Positions 1-12,854 of a stretch of DNA of 64,000 nt are shown piece by piece; the stretch's first letter is position 1; each line of letters starts with the position of its first letter. Below the pieces are notes generated by a model. It was given only the letters and a program-made list of their open reading frames with translations, did no database searches and was not told the DNA's origin. The position numbers and the translations under genes are program-made. This DNA is from Corythoichthys intestinalis (Eukaryota): NCBI RefSeq assembly GCF_030265065.1, contig NC_080408.1, forward strand, positions 22,855,480 to 22,919,479, read 5' to 3'.

Positions 1-39
1 TGGATAATGTGAAAACTAGATACTAACCTTTGTTATGTT

Positions 40-400
40 TGGAAGTCATTTAATGTTAAAGTTGTTAAAATTTCTCCCATTATTGCAGTACTTCCCTTCT
101 GTCCCTTCTGTCTACTTTCTACATGTGAAAATTTTATCCGATTCATCATTTAATGATAGATTCAAGTCAAGGTTTTGTCGATTTAAGAGTATTTTAGATA
201 AAAAGTTACTTACTGTAGGTTCGCTAGGAAGGTTCTCTACAACAGAGCCTTTCTGCTTTACTTACTGCTTACTGCTTTAAGATGGCGGCTGTTTACTAAC
301 GCCGGCTAGTGTATCATTTCAGATCTACTTCTCAACACATTTGCTAACTCCACAGAGTCTGTCATTTTGCATCTAATTCTACATGCATGTGGTATTTAGC
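40..400. repeat. Dispersed repeat family, second copy at 28085-28420
   Basis: About 75-80% identity across tgttaaagttgttaaaat...ctacatgtgaaa...agtattttagataaaaagtta...tctgtcattttgcatcta. Confidence 0.6.
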
Positions 401-559
401 GTAGCATCATGTGGGCTTAGATTGTAGGCTGTTGGCTAAAGTCAGGTATTATTGGAGCCACCTAGCCTAGCATCGCGTTTGCAACAGTGTCACATCTCCC
501 TTCCCGCTCTTCTCTCTCCGTGTCTCTCATACTTTTCTCGCGTCATTCAACCAACGTAG

Positions 560-960
560 TAACGCACACCTTTACATCCTCAGTAACGGTAACGACGTTG
601 CAAAGCTGAGAAAAGTAATTAATTAGATTACTCACTACTGAAAAAATAACGCCTTTAGTAACGCTGTTATACTCTGACGCAGTTATTAACAACCCTGCTC
701 AGCACAGACCTTAAAAGGCTAAAGCATCATTTCATACTCTTGCCAAGATAAGAAAACAAATATTACCATTTGTTTCCAAATAAGCAAGACTTATTCCGTG
801 ATGTTGTAGTCTCCCAAACCGCGTTTTCAGCTCATCATCATGAAAATAATTGTTCGTCGATGAAATATTTTCGATCTCGTCATTGTTGACGAAAACAACA
901 ATTGTTAGACCTTGTTTTTTGTCACGAGAATACACATTTACTTTATTTCAATTCCCTGTA
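560..960. repeat. Dispersed repeat (cagcacagacctttaaaggctaaagca...cattgttgacgaaaac), second copy at 25975-26195
   Basis: The same two segments recur at 25975-26195. Confidence 0.55.
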
Positions 961-965
961 CAAAG

Positions 966-1147
966 GCTGCGCTAGCCGAGGCACTCAGAAGTGGCACAAA
1001 ATCCAAGAAGAACCTGATCTGTGATGTCATCTCATACTCTACAACTGCGAGCCAAACATCTCGCTCCGTGGAGAACCTCCTGCGATGTCTCGTCTGCGGC
1101 ATGAGGCGGCTGACGGAGGATGAATCTCCTCTTCCCCTCTCCTACAA
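966..1147 (+). CDS. NACHT-WD40 (TEP1-like) gene, candidate exon in the NACHT region (AALAEALRSGTKSKKN...PLPLSYK)
   Basis: Acceptor caaag|GCT. The frame is open from 966. Donor AA|gtgtgt. It joins in frame across an ~75-bp intron to the next exon. Confidence 0.35.
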
Positions 1148-1222
1148 GTGTGTTAACATAGTCTCGTCAACCAAAGCCAGCTGTTTATCATTAAATAAGG
1201 ATGTTTCTTGAAATCTTGAAAG

Positions 1223-1364
1223 GGATTTGCTGTCAGAGTTTCACACCACTTTGAAAGACATAAAGAGGAGCAAGCCTCTTGTGTTGCTGGTGGATGGGGT
1301 GGATCTTGTGTGTGACAACTGGGATCAGCTCAGTTCTGGTTGGATACCTCAGCAATTACCACAG
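1223..1364 (+). CDS. NACHT-WD40 gene exon (KDLLSEFHTTLKDIKRSKPLVLLVDGVDLVCDNWDQLSSGWIPQQLPQ)
   Basis: NACHT Walker-B-like hhhhDGxD motif. Donor CAG|gtctgt. Ends in phase 0. Confidence 0.6.
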
Positions 1365-1435
1365 GTCTGTCACTAAACTAATGTGACTCATTTTTTTACT
1401 AAACCATAACGTTATCATGATTTTGGCTGTGACAG

Positions 1436-1615
1436 GGTGTTTGTTTGGTGATGAGTGCCACATCCACCTCGGTGTTGTTGCACGCCCTGTCCAAGAAGAG
1501 TTCCACGCTGCTCTTTACCCTGCCACCGCTCACTATGACTGAGCGAAAGGAAATCGTTGAGAAGGAATTGGATTCCTTCGGGAAGAAACTCGGAGATGCC
1601 GCCTTCAACAACCAG
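1436..1615 (+). CDS. NACHT-WD40 gene exon (..SATSTSVLLHALSKKSSTLLFTLPPLTMTERKEIVEKELDSFGKKLGDAAFNNQ)
   Basis: Acceptor gacag|GGT, donor CAG|gttctt. Phase 0 to 0, 180 nt. Confidence 0.6.
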
Positions 1616-1695
1616 GTTCTTTCTCGCGAATGTCAGCGTTATCGTTTTGCGACATTTGATCCTTCTCAATGACTTGTGTGTTTCACTTGCAATAG

Positions 1696-1788
1696 CTGCA
1701 GACGCTGATCATGAAAAAAGGTGCGGACTGTCCTCTCTATCTGCACTTGGCATGTGAAGACCTGAGGAACTTTGCCTCCTTTGACAAG
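1696..1788 (+). CDS. NACHT-WD40 gene exon (LQTLIMKKGADCPLYLHLACEDLRNFASFDK)
   Basis: Acceptor aatag|CTG, donor AAG|gttcaa. 93 nt, phase 0. Confidence 0.6.
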
Positions 1789-2971
1789 GTTCAATTTCCT
1801 CTCCAAAAACTAGAAAATTTTATATTATACAGTAGGTCAGAGTTAATATAACTTTGAGCTTAAACATTTTTTAATCAATTTTTCTCAAATAAACAACTAC
1901 ATTGAAAACCACAATTTTATTTTACTTAGCTTATTCATTCTCAATAATGCAGCTCTAGGGTTTATTCTGATGTTGTGACTTTTATCTTTTAAATGCAGCC
2001 TATATTTGTTTTCCTTTTAAAAAGAGATTTTTTCCATAATGATACAACTTTTTCCCCCAAAGCTGTAAAAGTTTATTTTTGCACATAATGCGTTTTTTTT
2101 TTGTTTTTGTTTTTTTTTTTAATTATTAAATAAGCTTCATTCTAGAAACTTAATTCTCATTTTGTTGAGGAAAAAAATACTTGTCTTGATTACCTAAAAA
2201 GAACAAATTCTGGGTTTGACATACTGGATTGTGTAAATCATCCCCTTATTTGTTCATTTGAGGTCCTCCCTTCAGGCAGGAGATTCAGTCCCTTGTTTTA
2301 AGTCCAACAGGACAAAAAAACTCCTTACCAAGTGCAATTAGGTTGCTAAATTTGCACAATTCTTGCACTTAGAATGCGAAGCTGTGTATAGCATTTTTAA
2401 ATTGTAGTCCGTGTGTTATTTATTGTATGTGTATGAGTTGTTATCTGTATGCTCACCTGCTGTAAGGCAAGTTTCCCCTTCTTAGGGGACAATAAACTTA
2501 AACTGATTTGAATGTTGAACTTTAAAATGAAATAATTCTCAAAATTATGTTACTTTTTTTATTTGAATTAAAAAGACATTTCTAGGATCATGATGTAGAT
2601 CTAAATCATCCCAAAAATTTTTCTTGACAAACTTTCTCCTCCTACTGCAATATTTTGCAGAAAAGTAATATCACTAGACAAAATTCTTAATTTTTCATAT
2701 CCAAATTGAGAATTTTGTCTTGCGATATTACTCCTTTAAAAAACATCTTCTTGAAATAAGACCTTGCCATAATATTTTAGCTTTTATTTTTAAAATGGAG
2801 TAGTCTAATACTTTCATTTAAATTCTTGTAACATCTGAACTTTTTTTTTTTTCATTAAATCAAAGTGACCTTCTAATCCCTTTCTTAAACTTGAATAAAT
2901 AAGATGATATAACAAAAATGATTACATTATCATCTCCATCTTGAAAATGACCTCGTATCTTTGTACCGCAG

Positions 2972-3107
2972 CTGAATGAGAACCTACTGGCTTTGCCTCA
3001 GTCACTCAATCTGCTGGTCCAGTACTGCCTGAAGAGAATCTGCTCTGACCACGGGGGCATTGTAGGACTCCGCTGGGCTCTGGCATCCCTCACCGTCAGC
3101 AATGCCG
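2972..3107 (+). CDS. NACHT-WD40 gene exon (LNENLLALPQSLNLLVQYCLKRICSDHGGIVGLRWALASLTVSNA)
   Basis: Acceptor ccgcag|CTG, donor G|gtatga. Ends in phase 1. Confidence 0.6.
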
Positions 3108-3173
3108 GTATGAGGAACCGCTGAGCTTCATCAATTTTGCTTGATTAACGAACCCTCTTCTCTTCATCTCCAG

Positions 3174-3333
3174 GCTTGAGGGATCGAGATTTATACTCGC
3201 TACTGAATACATGTAACGAACTGTACTCGCCCAAAAGACGGGTTGCATGGGAGGAGGTGCTGCCGCTTTGCAGGAGCCCCAAAGGTCGCGTTCCTATGGT
3301 GGCATTTACCCGAGTTATGCAGAGCCTGCGAAG
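3174..3333 (+). CDS. NACHT-WD40 gene exon (GLRDRDLYSLLNTCNELYSPKRRVAWEEVLPLCRSPKGRVPMVAFTRVMQSLRR)
   Basis: Acceptor tccag|GC completes the Gly codon. Donor AG|gtgaat. Phase 1 to 2. Confidence 0.6.
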
Positions 3334-3588
3334 GTGAATACATCAAGATTTCATCAATAGTGGCATGAAACAAGTTTGCCTATAAACCAAGTAACTTCAG
3401 AAACGGTATAATATAATCAAAGTTGCTTTAAAGTGCCTGTGATAGCATCAAAAATTCTTAAATAGCATTATTATGTGAATTAGAATAATATTTTGAGACG
3501 ATTCTACTATATACAACAATTTGGTAAAGCGCAGATGACGAGAAATTAGTCTTCTAATCTGCTGTTTAGCCCCACCTGTCATTATAGC

Positions 3589-5153
3589 TAGGGATGGGAA
3601 TTGAAATCCGATTCCAATTCGGAACCGGTTCCGACTGTTTCGAGGCCTCGACATCACAATGAAAAAGCCTTAACGATCCCTTTAACGATTCCTAAAGACG
3701 CGTATTGCGTCGTGACGTGTCTTGTTGTCCAGACGCATCAAACTAGCATGGCGCCAAAAACCACTCGGTCCAAAGTTTGACTACACTTCACCAGGAAAGA
3801 GTGTGAAAATGAAAGGTTACGACGGGTAAGCACGAGCATTGCAGCCATAAACGTAACAATGACAGCACGTAGGTTCAAACGCTCGAAAGTGTGTCTTCAC
3901 TTCACGAGGAAAAATTACAACAAAGCGACTTGCAGTCATTGCAAGGTGGAGATTACTGCATCGGGAGGGAATACGACTGCGCTGTCCTCACAGAGAGGCC
4001 AAGGCTCAGTTCTAGCTATACAGCTAGCTAAACTCCCAAATGACGATGTAGAAGACGTTGGTATAAGTTGCTGACTTTATTCAACCATCACTTGAAGAGT
4101 GAAACTAAGAATAGAAATGAAACAAATCAATTTCGTCCCCAATAACAAACAGGTTTGCATCAACGTAAATCAGCGATGACTAGCTGCTAATAACAGTATG
4201 GTTAGCATTCGTTCGCTAGCATTAGCACATCGTTCAAACCACTACACAACTGGATTTAAGTGTCCGATCGCGAGTGGAAACACAACATCAACAACACAAA
4301 AGATGATACATACAGGCATTGCCTCTGTAGATATTAACATTAACAAAGAACGTAGGCTCGTAGAAGTGTTTCCCTCTCTCACTTCGCTCGCTCACTCGCT
4401 TGGATTCGGCATTTCTTCGGGTGCCGAAACTGCGGCCCGCGGCCCAAATACGGCCCGCCTCCACATTTGGTCCGGCCATTTTGAAATTTTTTTTTTTCTC
4501 AATCGTGTTATTTATTTCCTGGCCTTTTTCCTTGAAGAATTCAGAGAGGGTTATTTGGTTATTATGTATTTAATTAATAGTGTTTTTATTATTAATTATT
4601 ATTATTATATCATTATTTTTATTTTATTTACTTTCATTCCGTGAAGAATCCAGAAAGGGTTATTTGATTGTGGCTTTCTGAAAAACAATTATTTTTTTAC
4701 ATTTATGCACTTCTGCAATCGTCACACTTTTTCTGTTACAAACTGACCCCGGCCCCTCATCAGAGAAGGGAAAAGTTATGTGGTCCTCACAGGAAAAAGT
4801 TTGGGGACCCCTGATTTAACACATATTGCCAAAGGCAGAACAACAACCTATCTGCCAATATATACCAATATTTTTTATTTCTATTAGATAAATGTTTCAG
4901 TAAAATGTTACACATTCTTGTGTATTTGCCACTTATTGCCATAGTTAACATTGAGGCTTTGGGCCTCTTTTGATTTCGTTGTGAGTTTGTAAGGTTGTGA
5001 GTTCAGATTAAACAAACTCGATGCCAATCAAAACGTTTGTTCTTCTTTTTCCCCAAATTAGAATCGATAAGAGAATCGATAAAGAATCGAATCGTTAAGC
5101 AATATCGATAATGGAATCGGAATCGTAAAAATCCTATCAATTCCCATCCTTAG
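3589..5153. mobile_element. Non-autonomous DNA transposon with terminal inverted repeats TAGGGATGGGAATTGAAATCCGATTCC / GGAATCG..TCAATTCCCATCCTTAG
   Basis: Perfect ~17-bp inverted termini with (AATCGA)-rich subterminal repeats. No intact ORF. Intron of gene 1. Confidence 0.6.
4420..4815. mobile_element. MITE of the CAGGGGTCCCCAAACT family nested in the 3589-5153 element
   Basis: The same sequence, reverse-complemented, lies at 39113-39450 and 39965-40030. A related fragment is at 22345-22420 (ggcccgcggcccaaatacggcccg). Confidence 0.55.
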
Positions 5154-6952
5154 ATTTAAGATTCAGCCAATTGAGGGGGACGATTCAGAACGAGGAAAAT
5201 TGCGACAGAGCAGGAAAATGTCATTGTTTCAATCTTTCTACTCCAATATTCCTACCGGATAACTGTCGACCTCTTGCACCTCCCAAATGGTATTTTATGC
5301 CACCGGAGTTGGTCAGACTTTTGTCTTTCCCCTGCCCCGGCTTCGGAGACGGAGGAAAGAGCGTAAACAAAGCGGGAGGCGTGACAGCTAGCCGACATGC
5401 TAACCCGAACTGTGCGGCGTTTCCAAGTTTTTTCTGCGGAGAGCAGGCAGTGCTCATCGCCGTGGAGGGAAGGGGAACGCCAAAAATGACAAATCGCACA
5501 AAACTACCCCATCACATGTCACACACGGCGGCAGGGTTGATTGTCTTCACTGATCGGCCAGTCCGCGGCGGGCAGGCAGTGCTCGTCACCAGGGTAAGAA
5601 GGGGAAACGCCGAAAATAAACAAAACAGGAGTAGTATTATCACCCACGAAATGCAAGCCACCGCCTTATTTAAACGTCTGCCATGGCATTTGACATAATG
5701 TAAAACACAAAGCTTACTCACTTAGTCATCCGTCCATTGGTCTCTTGGTTGTCGGACTTGTTTTGCCCATGTATGTGAACAATCTTTTGAATATCCAAAA
5801 AGCCTCACACCACTCTTGCTGGTGAAGTAACAAAAGCTTGCAGCACATTGGGCTGGTGTGTGAAAAATAAACAAATTAATCCGCAAAATCAGCTGAATCT
5901 GCAGTCCATCTGCATGCTATAAAGCAGTGGCTTTGTTGTGAGATGCTGACCTGGGTTACGTTACATTCGCATTCTTCCTCAAACAGAGACTGGAGCCGGA
6001 AGTCACTCATTTTCATGGCGCGGGATTTAAAAAATTGAATAAATAAAACGATCGCTTCTACACACTACAAAGCGGTCCATTTCATTCAGGAGCATAAAAT
6101 ACCACGGGGAATAAGAAATAAACATGCTTTTTGCTGTCATAGGCACTTTTAACTCATACATTTCCCGTAGTCATTTATTTATAGTCATTTAACTTCAGTT
6201 CAGCTTGCGTTCCCGTCTACCTTCTATAGATCTCTTGAACATATTTTGAGTATTCCGAACTCATTTTAAGTTAATATTGTGAACGTGGTTGAATGAGTTG
6301 AGTTGAATTAAGTTAAAATGATCAAGTATGTGGGCTTTACTGAAATGATAAATTGTGTAAATTTAGCCTTTGCCTTACTCCAAATGCCTTCAAAAGAGCG
6401 CACTGGCACCAGTATAGTCAGCCAGGGTGTTTAGCTCAATTGTCTCTGCACTCCACTGCTACTGTGGTGGCTTGTTTGATTCCTGCTTGGAACCAAATAT
6501 TATATATACTGAAACTGAAGACCAGTTAAAATTAAGATGTCAAGTTTTAACTCTTAACTTGATACACGTTTTTCATGAAAACTTATCCATTCAAGTGATA
6601 TTGGTTGATTGGAAAAGTCAAGTTCTGTCTTTTCCTGTGTAAATACTAGGCTGACTTAAGGAAGGGCTGGCTGTGAAAATTCATTTTTCAGTGCCACTGA
6701 TGTCACTAGACTGTTAATTGCAGTTAATCAATTAAAGTGACTTTCAAAGGGTCAATGTATAACAAAGTGGCCTTGAATGTGATCATAGCGGGGGTTGGGG
6801 TCTGTCAGTGCCACTGCTTGACCCCAATGCAAATGGACCACAATGAACAGGTGAAATTAAATTCCTTGAGCTGAACAGTTTTCTGGTAAACAAATGTACT
6901 GTCTTGCCCTTCTGTGCTTGGTGAAGTTATCCAAGTAAATGGTATTTTCCAG

Positions 6953-7086
6953 TCTGACAAATCTGTCTCAACACCACAACACTGACGATGTGCTGGCTCT
7001 GTCCAACCCTGATGTGAGGCGAGCCTTTGAAAATGTCCTCCTGCCCTCTGAAGACCACAGAAAAAGAGCTCACCTTGTGTTAGCAG
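6953..7086 (+). CDS. NACHT-WD40 gene exon (SLTNLSQHHNTDDVLALSNPDVRRAFENVLLPSEDHRKRAHLVLA)
   Basis: Acceptor tttccag|T. The phase-2 carry-over gives AGT. Donor G|gtgaac. Confidence 0.55.
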
Positions 7087-7183
7087 GTGAACCCCCACCC
7101 CCAATCATTTCTTCCCAGCCTTTTATTTGTCTGTGAGAAGCGCCACAAATTATGTCTTTTCCTCTCTCCGGGTTCACCTGCAG

Positions 7184-7272
7184 GTCACTTGTGGGTGCTG
7201 GCTGATTCTCAGGGTGCAGATACTTTTCTTCATGGAGAGGCAGACGCCATCCAGCAGCTAACTACTAGTTTG
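7184..7272 (+). CDS. NACHT-WD40 gene exon (GHLWVLADSQGADTFLHGEADAIQQLTTSL)
   Basis: Acceptor ctgcag|GT. Only a weak donor TTG|gttggt restores phase 0 for the next exon, so the boundary is uncertain. Confidence 0.4.
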
Positions 7273-7547
7273 GTTGGTCGCTTTTTAATCAATCGCACAC
7301 AAGCCGCTCAACTGTATTGATTTCATTTTGATTTGTTTGCCACATGCGCAACAGAATTGCATTTAATTAAACAAATGTTTTGGTAAATTGCATTGTATGA
7401 TGCTAAGAATGTTTTTAGTGGTGTACATTTCAGATTAAAAAAATAAATATTCAGAAAGATATTTTTAAATTTAGATGTATTCTTATTTCTAAAGAATGTT
7501 TAAAAATATAAAAGGACATCCTATAGGGAAACAGTTGTAATTTTCTA

Positions 7548-8395
7548 GAATACCATAATTTCCGGACTTTAAGACGCTAATTTTTTCCTTCGTTTTGAAT
7601 CCTGCGTTTTATAGTCCAGTGTGGCTTATTTGTCGATTTATTTAGGTTACTAGGTAACACTTTATTTGACAGCGGCATCATAAGACTGCCATAAGACCGT
7701 CATAATTATGACATGACACTATCATGTGCATTACTCAATGCTAATGACAGATGTCATTAAGTGTCATCCATCAAATTGTCACCAGCTCAATTTTTGTCAA
7801 GCTTGAATCCATTCAAAAGTGAGATAATTTGGAGGATAACGCTAAATGACTTCTGTTATAAGCATTTATCATTGCTCATGACAGTGTCATGTCATAATTT
7901 ATTGTCTAATGGCAGTCTTATGGTGCCACTGTCAAATAAAGTGTTACAAATACCATAACTAGTAATTAATGAAACAACTGGAACAGTAACTGAAGAAATA
8001 ATTTGCACAGAACATGAATTTTGATTGTTATTTGCATCTGTAGCGCTGCAATGCATGCTAGAAGGAATGTTGGATGACAAGTGTTGCCAGCAGGTGGCAG
8101 CAGAGGTTGACTCTCTCCCAAGGGAGATGTGATGGCCAAATGACGCTTCTTGAAGCAATGAAGCTTTTCAGCCAATTGGTTCAAAGCTTCATGGTGTTTC
8201 AATTGGTCTTATGACAGTCGTATGATGCTGCTGTCAAATAAAGTGTTACTAGTTAATATCTTTTGGTGTAAATATGCCATAATAGTGTAAGGACAGCTTC
8301 GGCTTATAGTCCAGTACTGCTTATCTATGAACAAATGCCGTTGTCGTCCCAAATTTAAGGGGGGGGGGGGTTATAGTCACGTGCAGAGGTTGCGC
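7548..8395 (+). mobile_element. Composite non-autonomous element with termini ACCGTAATTTTCGGACTATAAGGCGCAC, copy 1
   Basis: Collinear with the reverse complement of 60565-61418. Contains an internal MITE with GGTAACACTTTATTTGACAG terminal inverted repeats at 7640-7945. Confidence 0.55.
7640..7945. mobile_element. MITE with terminal inverted repeats GGTAACACTTTATTTGACAG...CTGTCAAATAAAGTGTTAC
   Basis: Inverted termini flank a palindromic core (ataagac...gtcttat). Partial third copy at 8200-8250. Confidence 0.55.
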
Positions 8396-8689
8396 TAGAC
8401 TTTTTCGTTGTCTGTCATTTTGACTGACAGGGTCATAAAAATCCGGTCATAATCTATTTTTACCCGTCACTTAAATTTTTAAAATGATAATAATGACATA
8501 TTCAAAAGCAGTGTTGGTCAAAAGCGGTGCCTTACTTACTCAACTCTGAATAAATTGAAGAAACTACCAGCCATGTTGTGTCTACTCTCTGCTCTGTTGA
8601 TTTGTCATCCAAGACTCGGGGTGCGTTCAGGTTTGAGAATAGCGCACGTACTTCTGACTCCAAGCTGTTTGTCCCTGCTCATTCAATTA

Positions 8690-9465
8690 GGCTACGTTCA
8701 TACTACAGGTCTTAATGCACAAATCCGATTTTTTTGTCATATCCGTTTTTTTGGCGTGCCCGTTCAGACTGCTTTTGTCCATTGAGACCATTCAAGTATT
8801 ACGCATGCGCTCTAATTTGCAGTCCGCCACGCGCCGGTGCGCAGAAGCATCAAAACAAATGACAAGTCATCCGTCATTCCAGGGATATCATATTTTGCTT
8901 TTCAAAAGGAGGAGACAAATAACAGACCTAAATAATCCCCGTTTAGGCTTATATTCAGTTTATATGGATTGATAGCATGCACGCACTGTCCGTGCATGTC
9001 ACACACACATACGGGCAGTTTGCCCCGACTCTCCAAGACGGGCTGCAGCCAGACCCCTCTCCCGACTCTCGGCCGTGTAGGAAATGTTGAAATATAGCTC
9101 ACATAGAGCAGAGAGAAAACCATTCATTCTCATGCTTATCCTCAACCCATTTTAATTTTTTTATGACTGTTGTCAAGCCCGGCCCTTCCCCAAAAGCAGT
9201 GTTCACCGCAAGCTAGGCGCTAATAACGCACAGCTGAAATCTGATTTGGGACACTGGATGGTACAGACCGCCGCGACAGTCTGGAAAAATGTGGCCCAGA
9301 TCGGATTTGAACCACATACAAAAATGACCCAGATCGGATTTGAAATGGTCCACATCTATGCGATTTGTCCCGTTCAGACCATCAAGTCAATGCCTGACTC
9401 GAGTCGGAAAAACACGAAAAAATTGGATTCGTGCATTAAGACCTGTAGAATGAACGTAGCCTTAG
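8690..9465. mobile_element. Non-autonomous DNA element with terminal inverted repeats GGCTACGTTCATACTACAGGTCTTAATGCACAAATCCGATTTTTT
   Basis: About 40-bp inverted termini at 8690-8735 and 9425-9468. Internal atccgattt repeats. Confidence 0.5.
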
Positions 9466-9833
9466 ATAAGCTCTCCAAAGCTTCCTAACGTTTCCGTGTT
9501 TGCTACACCTGAATGCTAGTTCGGACATTTTTCCGAGTAAGGCCAACGACGTCATGCATCAAGAGAGACAATAGCTAATTAATATGCTCACTCGCCATCT
9601 TGTGGTCTGGGGTGTGAATTGCAACCTGTCAAAATGACGGATGGACTTCAGTTTTTTCCGTCACCGTTTTAAAAAAACGGTCAACGACGGAAAATATTCG
9701 GTTAACGCGACCCCTGGTCAGGTGCACCTTATAGTGTGTGGATTACGGTAATAAAGTTCCTATTTTTGGATTTCTAATACTAAAAAGGCACTTGTATTTG
9801 ACCATTTTTAACAATTTTATTTTTGCTGCTCAG

Positions 9834-9948
9834 GTGCAAAGTGATGAGATTGAGGTGCTGCACTCACTGCTGTCCAACTTTTACTTTCTTCATGCTAATG
9901 TGCGTAACAACCTCCTGCACCACCTACTCAACACCTACAACGATTATG
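9834..9948 (+). CDS. NACHT-WD40 gene exon (VQSDEIEVLHSLLSNFYFLHANVRNNLLHHLLNTYNDY)
   Basis: Acceptor tgctcag|GTG, donor G|gtaagt. Confidence 0.55.
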
Positions 9949-10027
9949 GTAAGTCTTTAGTACAGGACACTTGCCTTACATAGAATTTCATTTTTTTTTC
10001 TGCCACGTTTTTTGTTCCTCTCTGCAG

Positions 10028-10262
10028 ATAAGAAGTCACCCTCATTAACTAGCGACCAGCAGGCCGCTATGGATGACTGCAAATCTTTCCTGCAACGGCA
10101 TGTCGCTGTGCTATCCAAATTTCCAGCTCTCTTCATTCAACAGGCCCTCAACGAATCTCCTGAGACCGCTGCTCACAGTTGGGCCCGTGGCCTATTGGGT
10201 AGTGGGAGCATGCGTGCAGTGGAGTGGCTCAACAATGACCATCAAACTTTCATGGGCAGCAG
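10028..10262 (+). CDS. NACHT-WD40 gene exon (DKKSPSLTSDQQAAMDDCKSFLQRHVAVLSKFPALFIQQALNESPETAAHSWARGLLGSGSMRAVEWLNNDHQTFMGSR)
   Basis: Acceptor tctgcag|AT, donor AG|gtaagc. Matches ORF 10012..10266. Phase 1 to 2. Confidence 0.65.
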
Positions 10263-10843
10263 GTAAGCCAGATCTTTTACGTGAAATTGGGCGACTTTCA
10301 AAGTGATGCTTTCCCTTCGAGCTTAATCATTTTTGGAAACATTTAAAATGCGAACTGTTATAATACCAAATTTGAGCAAAGTGGCCTCAAAAATAGGTTA
10401 AAAATGATCAAAGTGGTGCTAAAAAGGGTCATTTTCTTCATAAAAGTCTTAAATTTAATGGAAACACCCTTAAAATTTTTAGCAAAGTGGCTCACATACT
10501 ATTGATTTGAAAGCTTTTTTGAGAAAAATACTAAATTTAGACGGCCAATATAGCTTCAGACATAAAGACATAATAACGGCTATAGTTGAAGAAATTAGAG
10601 AATTCACCGGCGCTCTTAATCAGAAATAATAAACACATGGTATCATAGTTGACATTTTTACACAATTGATCACTCAGTCCTATTCAGGAAACTAGAAAAA
10701 TACATAATTTGGTATGACTAGTAAAAAGATATTTAACAAGACGGGAACAATATATTAATATACAAAGAGGATATCAGAAAAAATAGGTATTGTTTGCTTT
10801 GTCACCCACGGGTCTGTGTTCTTGTTAATACTGTGTTATAATA

Positions 10844-12032
10844 TACACTCACCGGCCACTTTATTAGGTACACCATGCTAGTAACTGGTTGGACCCCCTT
10901 TTGCCTTCATAACTGTCTCAATTCTTCGTGGCATACTGACATGATGGCATCACACAATTGGTGCAGATTTGTCAGCTGCACATCCATGATGCGAATCTCC
11001 CGTTCCACCACATCCCAAAGATGCTCTATTGGATTGAGATCTGGTGACTGTGGAGGCCATTTGAGTACAGTGAACTCATTGTCATGTTCAAGAAACCAGT
11101 CTGAGATGATTCCAGCTTTATGACATGGCGCATTATCCTGCTGAAAGTTCAGAGATTCAAATCAGAAGTTGGGTACATTGTGGTCATAAAGGGATGGACT
11201 TGGTCAGCAACAATACTCAGGTAGGCTGTGGCGTTCCAACGATGCTCAATTGGTACCAAGGGGCCCAAAGAGTGCCAAGAAAATATTCCCCACACCATTA
11301 CACCACCACCACCAGCCTGAACCGTTGATACAAGGCAGGATAGATCCATGCTTTCATGTTGTTGACGCCAAATTCTGACCATACCATCCGAATGTCGCAG
11401 CAGAAATCGACTCATCAGACCAGGCAACGTTTTTCCAATGTTGTATTGTCCAATTTCGATGAGCTTGTGCAAATTGTAGCCTCAGTTTCCTGTTCTTAGC
11501 TGAAAGGAGTGGCACCCGGCGTGGTCGTCTGCTGTTGTAGTCCATCTGCCTCAAAGTTTGACGTATTGTGCGTTCAGAGATGCTCTTCTGCCTACCTTGG
11601 TTGTAACGGGTGGTTATTTGAAACACTGTTGCCTTTCTATCAGCTCGAACCAGTCTGGCCATTCTCTTCTGACCTCTGGCATCAACAAGGCATATCCGCC
11701 CACAGAACTGCCGCTCACTGGATATTTTTTCTTTTTTGGACCATTCTCTGTAAACTCTAGAGATGGTTGTGCGTGAAATCCCAGTAGATCAGCAGTTTCT
11801 GTAATACTCAGACCAGCCCTTCTGGCAACAACAACCATGCCACGTTCAAAGTCACTCAAATCACCTTTCTTTCCCATACTAATGATGCTTGGTTTGAACT
11901 GCAGGAGATTGTCTTAAACCATGTCTACATGCCTAAATGCACTGAGTTGCCACCATGTGATTGGCTGATTAGAAATTAAGTGTTAACGAGCAGTTGGACA
12001 GGTCTACCTAATAAAGTGGCCGGTGAGTGTAT
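10844..12032 (-). mobile_element. Decayed Tc1-family transposon (terminal inverted repeat TACACTCACCGGCCACTTTATTAGGTACACC)
   Basis: Inverted termini at 10844-10875 and 12000-12032. Frameshifted transposase pieces on the - strand at 11149-11877 (MGKKGDLSDFERGMVV.., ..WSDES.., ..GGGGVMVWG..). Confidence 0.75.
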
Positions 12033-12444
12033 TTAAATTACCAACAAAAAAAAGAGATGCCACAAATATATTCCTAATGTATGTTCTATAATAGTTCTTT
12101 TAAATAAAATGAAAAGTAGGCTAAATAAAATAAGTGTAAATGGACATTACCTCATTCACTGCCATTGACAGAGATATACTTCAGCTCTATTTAAACTAGG
12201 AGGGCTGGCACTGAATAATTTTGACTCGGCGCCTTTGAAGACGATCGCTGCCAAACTCCTCAGTCAAAATGGGTTGGACGTCTCTTGCAGTCAGTAAGCA
12301 GCCAGTTAATTAAGAAAAAAAACATAATCTTGAAACTGTTTAAGGTAAATTTCAAAGAGGTCTTATTTTTTTTCAGTGTCTTATTCAATGTATTTATTAG
12401 TTTTGTGCGGTTGTGCCTATGGGTTTGCTATTTATGTCTTCCAG

Positions 12445-12562
12445 CCAGCTGGTGTCTACCTTCACAACAGAGCCCACCTGCTTGGCAGTGGGCTGTGACA
12501 GGGAGATGATCGTCGGAACTGGACAGGGAACTTTGCATTTCATCAACAGAAACACAGGACAG
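12445..12562 (+). CDS. NACHT-WD40 gene exon, start of the WD40 region (SQLVSTFTTEPTCLAVGCDREMIVGTGQGTLHFINRNTGQ)
   Basis: Acceptor ccag|C, donor CAG|gtaaaa. Phase 2 to 0. Confidence 0.55.
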
Positions 12563-12653
12563 GTAAAAAGACACTGTAATAAATAAGATGGATGTACCTT
12601 CAACATTTCAAATCTGAAGTTAAAATCTCCCCTTCTGTGTTACTCCAATGCAG

Positions 12654-12778
12654 GAAGTAAAGGCTCTAGTAAGCAGCAGTGACGGCATCTCCAGCTGCGT
12701 CTTCCTCAAGGACGGATGCCTCGCCACGACTTCCTTTGATGGGCAAATTGAGATCTGGGATGCCGCCAACGGGTGCCG
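12654..12778 (+). CDS. WD40 exon (EVKALVSSSDGISSCVFLKDGCLATTSFDGQIEIWDAANGC)
   Basis: Acceptor tgcag|GAA, donor CG|gtgagc. WD signature D-x-x-I-x-I-W-D. Confidence 0.65.
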
Positions 12779-12854
12779 GTGAGCAACATCTACTTGAGTG
12801 GATCCCAAATAAAGGCCAGTATTGACTAATTGTGAAATTCTTTGCTATTGCCAG

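Noticed and set aside
4198-4644. 148-aa + strand ORF
   Set aside because: It lies inside the 3589-5153 DNA transposon and MITE. The second half is low-complexity (FIINYYYYIIIFILF) from a (TATT)n tract. No protein-like composition.
5171-5698. 175-aa + strand ORF
   Set aside because: It is driven by a ~120-bp internal tandem duplication (GEQAVLIAVEGRGTPKMTN.. / GGQAVLVTRVRRGNAENKQ..). It has no splice context and overlaps a 92-aa antisense ORF. A GC-rich repeat artefact.
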